Positions 34,016 to 42,012 of a stretch of 60,940 nt of DNA are shown here, piece by piece. Origin of the DNA: a bacterium (GTDB lineage: Bacteria > Patescibacteriota > 4484-211 > GCA-002791395); NCBI GenBank assembly GCA_027002475.1, contig JALWZS010000023.1:1-60940 (forward strand). The letters are read 5' to 3'. The translations under genes were made by a program, and so were the position numbers. Under the pieces are notes generated by a model. It had not been told where the DNA came from and did no database searches. It saw nothing but the letters and a program-made list of their open reading frames with translations. Each line of letters starts with the position of its first letter. Position 1 is the first letter of the stretch.

Positions 34016-36658
34016 ATGAACTTAAAGAAAAGCATACTGCCCATTTTTTTAGGAGGTTTATTGGTTCTTGGAAATCTATCCTTATCCAATAAAGCTTATG
34101 CTGCGTCAGCAACACTTTACCCTATCGCTTCGACTAGAAGTGTGTATAAAGGGAATACTTTTATAGTTACCATCAAGGTAAACGCCAATGGCAATCCCAC
34201 TAACGCCTATCAAGTAACAGTTAAATACCCCACCAGCAAGGTACAAGCAATTGGCATTAGTGGGAGCAGACTGCCAACCGCCCTACCTGTTCACGCGCCT
34301 AGTTATAGCAATAGTAGTGGGACAGCGAGTTTCGAATCTGGAGTTATAACACCATACACAGGCTCAAGTGGGACATTAGGTTCTATTACATTTAGAGCTG
34401 TAAATACTGGCACCGCAACAATTAGTATCAGTACACCAGCGCAAGTCCTTATCGCAGACGGGAACGGCACAAACGTATTAGGATCAAGAGGAAGCGTTGC
34501 AATTAATATCACAGAACCACCTCGTGGCGGTCCAAAAATCTCTTCTGAAACTCACCCAGACCAAGAGGCTTGGTATAAAGAAAATACCGTCAAATTCTCG
34601 TGGGCTAAGACTGGAGAAGATCTGGGTTACAGTGTTGTATTCGACCAAAAGGCAGATACAGTTCCGGGTCAAGTTCAAACAACAACAGATAACTCGATAA
34701 CTAAAAAAGATGTCGCAGATGGTGTTTGGTACCTTCATGTACGCACTAGACTTGCATCTACATGGAGTGTAACAAGTCACTACAAAGTCAAAATCGATAC
34801 AACCCCGCCAGAGGATTTCGAAATCACAGTAGATCCTGAAGGAGTTTCTGACATTCCAGATCCAACAATACATTTTTCTACAACGGACAACGGCGCAGGA
34901 ATAGACTATTACGAGGTAAGTATCGACGATGGTAAATTCAAAAAAGCTAAAAGCCCACTCAAATTAGAGCCACTTACATCAGGTACGCATGTTGCCACCG
35001 TTAAAGCCGTTGACAAAGCCGGCAATGAAACCTTTGCAAAAACTCAGATTAAAATAAAAGAAATTAAACCACCAAGTATAAAGTTATCAACCACCGAAAT
35101 ACTCTTTGGCGAGGAGGTAACCGTATCAGGCAGTACCATACCTAACGCGCAAGTACACCTATTTATAGACTCCACCGACAATCCATTAGATGAAATAGTA
35201 AGCGATGGCAGCGGTAACTATACCTACACAATTGGTGCATTTAAACTTGTTCCGTGGGAACACAAGATATTAGTTTCTGTAACAGAAAAAGAAACTAATT
35301 TAAGCAGTATACCTGCAGAAAGTGAGCCTATTACTATTATCATGTCGGCAATACGTTTGGCAGGGTACACTATTCCATGGTGGATGATAGTTGTTGGTAT
35401 TGGGGTTGTAGCTGCACTACTTTTGGCATTAGTGCTGTGGATAATTCTCGCGCTCACTAGACATCGCCACAAAATGTTAAAAAAGATAGACAGTACCCAA
35501 GAGAAACTAGAACAAGATATCAAGCAGCTCGAGCAAGAGGTGCAAACTCAAGTTAGCGACCTAACAGCAGCGCAAAAACTCCAACAAGAATTAGAAAAAG
35601 AGGTTCAAAACATTGGTTCTGCAATGGATGAAATGCGACGACTAGAACATGGTAAAAAGGATAGTAAGAAAAAAGACAAAAAGAGTGATGATGACAGCAA
35701 GAAAGATAACGGAACAGGTTCTGCCCCAGCGGCACCAACTCCCCCACCCACTACACCCCCAACACCTTCTACACCTGCAGCATCACCGGTAACTCCTGAA
35801 ACAACTGGTGCTATGCCAACAAGCGGAGTCGCTCCAATTAACATACAAGCGCCACAGCCACAGCCACAGCCACAGCCACAGCCACAGCCACAGCCAAGTA
35901 TGACGCCAGCTCCTCCCAAAAAGCAAGCAGCAAAAATAAAGCCAATCCAAGAGACAACAAATAGTTCTACAACACCAACGGCACAACCAACCAATGTACC
36001 AAAGGTAGCACCTAAAACGCCTACTACACCTACTGTTGAACAGACTTCTCCAACCCAAGCAGCCATACAACAACAGTCTAGCGCAGCTAACAAACAGAAA
36101 GTTAAACCAGTAACTCAAGCATCCCCAACTACCCCATCCATACAAACACCACCGAGAACGCAAAATACTAATCCAACAGTTGCACCTACTGCTAAGACCG
36201 TACCTACACCCCAAACAGAGACACCACCAACCTCCCAAGCTCCACAACAAGTAACTCCACCAGTAAACAATCCAACCCCAGTACCCGAAACTCAAAATGT
36301 TCCAATCACTACAACTCAACAACCAATAACAAAAGCTACACCTCAACAATCTTTAGCTCAAACCCCAACCCCTACCCCACCGCCAGTAGCCACTCCACTT
36401 AAGGCGGCAACGCCACAAACGCCACTTCCTACACCACCAGCAACACCTGCACAAGCCGTTCATTCGGCTCTTAATGCTATGGCTCCAGATCCAGTTCCGC
36501 CTACTGCACCAACGCAGCATGCAAAGACACCAGCTCCTCAAACGCCGAGTACGGCACCTACAACACCTCAGGCAAGTGCAGCTTCCAAGGAGCAACCTGT
36601 ACCAACACCGCTAGATCCAGATTCAAGCGACGACTCTCCTCCAATACTGCCAAGGTAG
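34016..36658 (+). CDS. type I membrane protein: signal peptide, cohesin-like domain, Ig/Fn-like domains, TM helix, coiled coil, ~330-aa Pro/Thr/Gln-rich tail
   Basis: AAGGAG lies 5 nt upstream of ATG 34016. The cohesin-like stretch is ATLYPIASTRSVYKGNTFIVTIKVNANGNPTNAYQVTVKYPTSKVQAIGIS...GTLGSITFRAVNTGTATISIS. The TM is WWMIVVGIGVVAALLLALVLWIILAL, followed by TRHRHK. Confidence 0.8.
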   Translation: MNLKKSILPIFLGGLLVLGNLSLSNKAYAASATLYPIASTRSVYKGNTFIVTIKVNANGNPTNAYQVTVKYPTSKVQAIGISGSRLPTALPVHAPSYSNSSGTASFESGVITPYTGSSGTLGSITFRAVNTGTATISISTPAQVLIADGNGTNVLGSRGSVAINITEPPRGGPKISSETHPDQEAWYKENTVKFSWAKTGEDLGYSVVFDQKADTVPGQVQTTTDNSITKKDVADGVWYLHVRTRLASTWSVTSHYKVKIDTTPPEDFEITVDPEGVSDIPDPTIHFSTTDNGAGIDYYEVSIDDGKFKKAKSPLKLEPLTSGTHVATVKAVDKAGNETFAKTQIKIKEIKPPSIKLSTTEILFGEEVTVSGSTIPNAQVHLFIDSTDNPLDEIVSDGSGNYTYTIGAFKLVPWEHKILVSVTEKETNLSSIPAESEPITIIMSAIRLAGYTIPWWMIVVGIGVVAALLLALVLWIILALTRHRHKMLKKIDSTQEKLEQDIKQLEQEVQTQVSDLTAAQKLQQELEKEVQNIGSAMDEMRRLEHGKKDSKKKDKKSDDDSKKDNGTGSAPAAPTPPPTTPPTPSTPAASPVTPETTGAMPTSGVAPINIQAPQPQPQPQPQPQPQPSMTPAPPKKQAAKIKPIQETTNSSTTPTAQPTNVPKVAPKTPTTPTVEQTSPTQAAIQQQSSAANKQKVKPVTQASPTTPSIQTPPRTQNTNPTVAPTAKTVPTPQTETPPTSQAPQQVTPPVNNPTPVPETQNVPITTTQQPITKATPQQSLAQTPTPTPPPVATPLKAATPQTPLPTPPATPAQAVHSALNAMAPDPVPPTAPTQHAKTPAPQTPSTAPTTPQASAASKEQPVPTPLDPDSSDDSPPILPR
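35852..35893 (+). repeat. (CCACAG)x7 hexanucleotide microsatellite encoding (PQ)7
   Basis: Seven perfect tandem CCACAG units, counted directly, in frame within the 34016..36658 gene. Confidence 0.95.
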
Positions 36659-36694
36659 AAAGAGGTTCAGGGGTTGAAGAGTTAGAGTGTTAGC

Positions 36695-37235
36695 CCTTTC
36701 GCCGCCATTACGAGAGCCTTCGGTCTCACGCGTCATTGTTCAGAATCTATCAAGTAAATTCCGTGGCAATCTAATATGCTGGAGCCTGCCGCAGTAAATC
36801 ACTGCGTGATTACTTCGCAGTGACGAACTGTCAGACTGCCGCGTCACTACGTTCCTCGCAGTGACGGGTGCTAAGTACGCGAAGCATATGTCCATTGCAA
36901 GCGGTCTTGGTTTTCCCGTCATTGCGAGCGATAGCGAAGTAATCTTCTTTTGGGACTGCTTCGCCGCTAGGCTTCTCGCAGTGACAGGTCTGGTCGGTAG
37001 AAAAACACACCTAAGATGCGATTCATGTCTTAAGCGCTAGTCTTGTAATTAAAAAGTTTAATTTGTTTGTTATGTTTATGATTTGATTGTTTGGACTTTG
37101 ACTTTCGTCATTGCGAGCCAAAGGCGTGGCAATCTCCATCGTTTGGGATTACCGCGTCACTTTGTGGCTCACGATTGTAAAAGTCAAGTCATCACACCGA
37201 TTTTCTCCTCGTAATAACGAATGGATTATTTAAAA
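36695..37235. repeat. hairpin-repeat array R8
   Basis: About 11 core copies. It contains the right copy of the 105-nt inverted repeat and fills the convergent gap between the 34016..36658 and 37238..38836 genes. Confidence 0.85.
36975..37079 (-). repeat. right copy of the 105-nt inverted repeat (partner 29382-29486)
   Basis: See 29382-29486. Weaker similarity extends to about 36918-37106. Confidence 0.85.
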
Positions 37236-37237
37236 TC

Positions 37238-38836
37238 CTATGGAGCAGGGGTCACTACATCTGGATTTACTGGTTCCTCAGGTGGAAGAGTTGGTAACGG
37301 AGTTGTTTTGGCATCAGTCCCTTCCTTATCGGACTGTGTCCCCTTATCTTCACTATTCCCTTGAAGTTTTGTAATTAGATCTTGAACTTGCTTCCTATTA
37401 TCCTTATCACTCTCAGGGAGCAAGTTTAGAATAGTCTTAAGCTCATTAACCGCTAACTCTTTCGAGTCCGCAAGCATATAAACGTTAGCCAAACCGTAAT
37501 GAGCATTTATTAAATCAGGCTTTAAGTTAACTGCAGTTCTATATGCTACTTGTGCTTGTGCTAAATAGTTTTGTACAAGTTTTTGCTTAGTTGCCTTAGG
37601 ATCTTTTGCGTCTTTTATTTCAGTTGCATTAACTTGATCTACATTCGATGCTAGATAATAAAACAAATCACCAATATTTATTGAAATCAACGGATTAGTA
37701 GGGGCAAGCCTTCCAGCTACAGAGTAAGAGTCCAAAGCTAAGTTTTGCGCATTATTGTAACTGCCAATTAATCGTCGATACAAATTACCGCGTGCTTGCC
37801 AGTTTGTCGCGCTTGCAGGATTTATGATCTCAGTTGCCACACCAACTTCTCTAATGGACTGGTTTATCAAAGCAGAGATATTAGAACGTGTCTTATCGTC
37901 AATATTATCTTTATTCTGAGCGGCAATGGCTTCTGCTAGCGAGATGTTCGTGTTTGCGTAGCCAATTCGATATGCATCGCGACGAGGGTTTAATCGAATG
38001 GCTTTTTGTTGCAGGTCGTATATCGTTCCGCCTGACTCTTTCGTGTTAATTGCCTTTATAGATGCAGCGTATGCAAGATTGCTGCGAAAATCTTGGATTG
38101 TAAAAAGCAAAACTATTATGCCAATAAGTAAAACTGGAATACCAACAACAATTGGCATATAAGAAAAACCTTTGGGATTAGACAAAAACTCTTTTGGATT
38201 TTTCATAAAGCTTTTCCTTACTGCTTTAATATCCAAAACCACGTCTTCAGCAATATCTCCACGCCAATGTTTTTCAATTAACAACCATATAGCCAGCAAA
38301 ATGAAAAGCACTCCCGTGGTTGTAACAGTGGAGGATGTAAATATGTAAGCAACGAGTATCGCTATAACCGACAAAACGACAGGATAAAGTAAATATCCAA
38401 CTAGTGCATTTTCTTTATTCAACTCTTTACTATCCCGCAATTTGTGCGCCTCTTTAAGGGAAGTAAACGACATACGTAACAACCTATACACTACCAACAA
38501 AAGTACAACAAACCCTACAACACCTGTAATGGTTAACCAAGTTAAATACTCACTACCTGCTTGATTGAAAACCGTATTCCAGTAATTCGTCGCGTTAATA
38601 GACAGCGGCTTGTACAAATTGTAAGCAGCAGAATATACACTTGGTCCAACGCCCCACCACGCGTGATCGCCTAATGTAGCGGTCGCAATTTTCCACGAAC
38701 TACTGAAGCTAAGCTGTGCTATCTGAGGATTGTTACTATTAACCCCTGGTACAAAAACTAATAGCCATAGTATTAAGGATGCAGTTATAGTTAATGCAGT
38801 TAGTAAAGTTGCAACTGCCTGCAAAGCAACGAACAC
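37238..38836 (-). CDS. polytopic membrane protein with C-terminal TPR repeats (O-antigen-ligase/Wzy-like, C-terminal part)
   Basis: Several TM helices are followed by TPR-like repeats (..YRIGYANTNISLAEAIAA.., ..AQVAYRTAVNLKPDLINAHYGLANVYML..). It starts at a GTG just after a stop and overlaps the upstream ORF. It is probably the same gene as 38800..39528. Confidence 0.6.
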   Translation of the reverse strand: MFVALQAVATLLTALTITASLILWLLVFVPGVNSNNPQIAQLSFSSSWKIATATLGDHAWWGVGPSVYSAAYNLYKPLSINATNYWNTVFNQAGSEYLTWLTITGVVGFVVLLLVVYRLLRMSFTSLKEAHKLRDSKELNKENALVGYLLYPVVLSVIAILVAYIFTSSTVTTTGVLFILLAIWLLIEKHWRGDIAEDVVLDIKAVRKSFMKNPKEFLSNPKGFSYMPIVVGIPVLLIGIIVLLFTIQDFRSNLAYAASIKAINTKESGGTIYDLQQKAIRLNPRRDAYRIGYANTNISLAEAIAAQNKDNIDDKTRSNISALINQSIREVGVATEIINPASATNWQARGNLYRRLIGSYNNAQNLALDSYSVAGRLAPTNPLISINIGDLFYYLASNVDQVNATEIKDAKDPKATKQKLVQNYLAQAQVAYRTAVNLKPDLINAHYGLANVYMLADSKELAVNELKTILNLLPESDKDNRKQVQDLITKLQGNSEDKGTQSDKEGTDAKTTPLPTLPPEEPVNPDVVTPAP

Positions 38837-39528
38837 CTTTTCCCCTTACCGTTTTTGTATTCTTTGTAAAAGAAATAAGTTGCAAAAAGACCTATGAACA
38901 TAGCACTAAGCATTAGTAGTATCACTGATTGTGTGTTCCCTGCCGGTGAAAACCCATTAACTTGTAAAACTTTAAGCATTGAATATTTAGATGCCAAGTC
39001 GTTATTATCAAAAACATTGAAGTAAACCACTATATTTACCACCGCTACGATAAAAGAGCTCGCAAAAAACGCCAATCCTAGTCTTTTTATCTTATCCCAC
39101 CCGGATATATTAGTTACCATCGCATACAGAATCACTATAAATGCAAGGAATTCAAATAAGGTAATGTGCCAACTATTAAACGCCCCAAAAACAGAAGTAA
39201 AGGGAGACACAGAATAGTACGTCGCAGCTGCAAGCGCGATTATTAGCAAAATAAAAGGCACATCAAGTTTTGTTCTAGAAATCATAAGACGGTTAGTCAC
39301 AAATGCCTTAAGAACCCATAAGAAAAGCAGGATCATGGAAGTTACTAATGCCAGAATCAATTTATTGTACGAGACAAACTCCGTGGTAACGGTCAAAAAC
39401 GTTAGCGGAAATAAAAATATAAATGCTAGTGATACGTAAAATATTAAGCTATCTAGTGCCTTTGTGAGCAAACCCTTACGTTTCTTCATGTATTTAGTAA
39501 CTATATTATGTAAACCCCTTAAAATCAA
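38800..39528 (-). CDS. polytopic membrane protein (O-antigen-ligase/Wzy-like, N-terminal part)
   Basis: A 242-aa ORF with about 6 TM helices. Its reading frame shifts into 37238..38836 at a GGGGAAAA tract (38838-38845). Confidence 0.6.
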   Translation of the reverse strand: MILRGLHNIVTKYMKKRKGLLTKALDSLIFYVSLAFIFLFPLTFLTVTTEFVSYNKLILALVTSMILLFLWVLKAFVTNRLMISRTKLDVPFILLIIALAAATYYSVSPFTSVFGAFNSWHITLFEFLAFIVILYAMVTNISGWDKIKRLGLAFFASSFIVAVVNIVVYFNVFDNNDLASKYSMLKVLQVNGFSPAGNTQSVILLMLSAMFIGLFATYFFYKEYKNGKGKRCSLLCRQLQLY

Positions 39529-39541
39529 TTAGCGACTTGCG

Positions 39542-40720
39542 CTACATAGCGCCTAATTTGACTTTCAGGTTCAACATCTGTCCATCCCGCCATACAACAA
39601 GAGTTACACTATCCCCCACTCTATAGTTTTTTAACGCAGAGGATATTGATGTGTTTTGAGAGAGCTCGGTATCACCAATTTTAACAATGACATCATTTAC
39701 GCGAATACCTGCCTCACTTGCAGAGGTATTTGGCAGCACTTCACGCACCAATGCTCCCTCTGGCATATCAGAAGCTTGTGCTAGATCAGGAGTTAACATA
39801 ACGTAACTTACACCCAAAAAGGGTTTTCTTCTATCCACCCCTAACTTTACGTCAGAGATTAACTCCTTAGCTTTATTAACAGGAATTGAGAACCCAATAT
39901 TTTCAGAGTTAACACCCACCGCTACATTTATACCAATCACTTGACCTTCAATATCAAGTAATGGACCACCGGAATTGCCTGGATTTAGGGCTGCATCGGT
40001 TTGTAAAACCCCGTTTATCTCTTCAACATAAGAGCTATATGCAGCTGAAGTTTCAATTCCTCTTCCTTTTCCTGATATAACCCCCTTGGTTACAGTATTA
40101 CTAAATCTCCCCAAGGCATTACCAATTGCTATAACAGTTTGCCCTACTTTCACGGTATCAGAGTCTCCTAAGATTAAGGGCTTTAAATCGCCTGGGTTAA
40201 TGGTTAGAATAGCTAAGTCGTTTAGCGGGTCACGGTAAATCTTTAAAACTTCATAGCGTTTTTCTTTATTATCAACAACAACATATTCAGCGTTCAGGTC
40301 GCTGACCACATGTTTGTTGGTGATTATCATTGAATCGCCCACATAAAATCCTGTACCAATAGACGCCTCAACAGTATGAGGACCTGTAAAAAAGCCCATC
40401 GATACGGATCTTTCAACAACGGAAACTACCGAAGGTGACGACACTTCAACTACTGCTACGGTCGCTGATTGTTCATCAATAACTTTAACTGGTTGATTGA
40501 TAACAGTACCTTTTTGGTTATCATCAGTGTTCAACGAGCTAGATTTACTGTACGCAAGTTGTTTATATACACCAACGGATAATATCGATACGGTAACAAG
40601 CGATAGCAAAAAGAAGATAATAAGAATAATAGCTTTTAGTTTTTGAGAATATACTCGCTGCTGTTGTTGAAAACGCCCCTTAGTCGTATCGAGTTGGGCA
40701 CTATTATTTACATATTCCAT
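39542..40720 (-). CDS. htrA: HtrA/DegP-family serine protease with an N-terminal TM anchor and a C-terminal PDZ domain
   Basis: Catalytic motifs are ITNKHVV (His), NDLAIL (Asp) and GNSGGPLLD (Ser). The PDZ-like tail is GIRVNDVIVKIGDTEL. Confidence 0.85.
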   Translation of the reverse strand: MEYVNNSAQLDTTKGRFQQQQRVYSQKLKAIILIIFFLLSLVTVSILSVGVYKQLAYSKSSSLNTDDNQKGTVINQPVKVIDEQSATVAVVEVSSPSVVSVVERSVSMGFFTGPHTVEASIGTGFYVGDSMIITNKHVVSDLNAEYVVVDNKEKRYEVLKIYRDPLNDLAILTINPGDLKPLILGDSDTVKVGQTVIAIGNALGRFSNTVTKGVISGKGRGIETSAAYSSYVEEINGVLQTDAALNPGNSGGPLLDIEGQVIGINVAVGVNSENIGFSIPVNKAKELISDVKLGVDRRKPFLGVSYVMLTPDLAQASDMPEGALVREVLPNTSASEAGIRVNDVIVKIGDTELSQNTSISSALKNYRVGDSVTLVVWRDGQMLNLKVKLGAM

Positions 40721-41982
40721 TACTTAGTCAGTAGCTCAACTGCCTTATTTAGCTGCGCATCTTCGTCGGATTTGCCAAATGGACCAGTCTCAACTTTTGT
40801 TTCGATATTGTAGTCGGGAGTTAACCCTTCACCATGAATATTCTTACCATTTGGAAGTAACCACTTTGCGGTTGTAATATGAATTGCTGCCCCACCCGAC
40901 AAGTCAATTGCTTCTTGAACAGTCCCTTTACCAAAAGATTTAACTCCAACCAGCTTCCCCCTGTCTCTACTTTGGATTGCTCCAGCCAAAATCTCAGATG
41001 CACTTGCAGATCCTTCGTTAATTAAAACAACAACAGGAACATCACAAAGTCTGCACTTATGATCTACATCAAATTCAACAAGGTCACGATTAGTTTGTCG
41101 CTTTACAACAACCCCATCTTTGAAAAACTCCGACGCTAAGTAAATTGCACTATTTAACAATCCACCAGGGTTATTGCGAACATCAAGAACCACACCCTTA
41201 ACATTTTTCATGACCATCTCATTTACCGCCTTGTCCCACTCCGAATTGGTGTCTGAACCAAACCGTAGTACTCGTACATGTGCTATTCCATTATCAAGCC
41301 AAGTTACACGAACCGCCGGAATTTGTATTTTTGCTCTTTTGATTTCTACGTCTAGTGTCTTATCCCCGCGCAAAAGTGTAAGAGTTACAGTTGTACCAGC
41401 TTCCCCTCGAATCATAGATACTGCTTTTGGTATGCTCCAATCAACTGTGGACTCACCGTCAACGGCCACAATTAAGTCACCTGCTTGCACCCCTGCTTTT
41501 TCGGCAGGTGAGCCTTCAAGCGGAGCAATTATTGCAAGCCTCTCATCTTTAAACCCAAGCTGCGCACCAATACCTTCATACAAACCTTCCAAACCATCTT
41601 TAAACCCGCTATTCTCCTCACTCGTAAAATACGACGTATATGGATCGCCAACCGCATCGACCATGCCTTTTATTGCGCCTTCAACTAATTTCTCAGGGGA
41701 GACATCTGCAATATAAATCGAATCCTGGCTCATTAAATCCAAGACGTACCAGAATGGTGCCATGTCTAGCTTTATTTGGCCATCAGGCTGCTGTTTGTCT
41801 TGGACCTCATAAACTACCCGCTTGTTATCATTTAGAAAATCCGAAGTTGTAACAGCATCTTTATTAGGGAAAAAGTACCCTACGATGAACGCAATCGATG
41901 CCACGATCAACGTTATCGCTAGTGTAGAGCCACTCTTTTTAGGACGCGGTTGTGGTTTGTAATCTGCGTAGTTTTCTACCAT
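40720..41982 (-). CDS. S41 C-terminal processing peptidase (Ctp/Prc family) with a PDZ domain
   Basis: N-terminal TM, PDZ (SPAEKAGVQAGDLIVAVDG), Ser motif NEGSASASEILAGA and Lys motif KSFGKGTVQ. Confidence 0.85.
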   Translation of the reverse strand: MVENYADYKPQPRPKKSGSTLAITLIVASIAFIVGYFFPNKDAVTTSDFLNDNKRVVYEVQDKQQPDGQIKLDMAPFWYVLDLMSQDSIYIADVSPEKLVEGAIKGMVDAVGDPYTSYFTSEENSGFKDGLEGLYEGIGAQLGFKDERLAIIAPLEGSPAEKAGVQAGDLIVAVDGESTVDWSIPKAVSMIRGEAGTTVTLTLLRGDKTLDVEIKRAKIQIPAVRVTWLDNGIAHVRVLRFGSDTNSEWDKAVNEMVMKNVKGVVLDVRNNPGGLLNSAIYLASEFFKDGVVVKRQTNRDLVEFDVDHKCRLCDVPVVVLINEGSASASEILAGAIQSRDRGKLVGVKSFGKGTVQEAIDLSGGAAIHITTAKWLLPNGKNIHGEGLTPDYNIETKVETGPFGKSDEDAQLNKAVELLTK

Positions 41983-42012
41983 GCTCGAAACAGTATAGCA
42001 TTGTTATTACCC

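Noticed and set aside
33331-36595. Antisense or out-of-frame ORFs 33331..33816, 35224..35523, 35553..35747, 35605..36093, 35783..36349 and 36353..36595.
   Set aside because: They lie within Pro/Thr/Gln-rich low-complexity coding DNA, which stays open in several frames. Their products (poly-GV, CGCG and W/C/R-rich) are not protein-like.
32984-36658. A cellulosome-like system.
   Set aside because: Only one cohesin-like and one dockerin-like module are seen. There are no glycoside hydrolase, CBM or scaffoldin repeats. It is treated as a generic anchoring pair instead.
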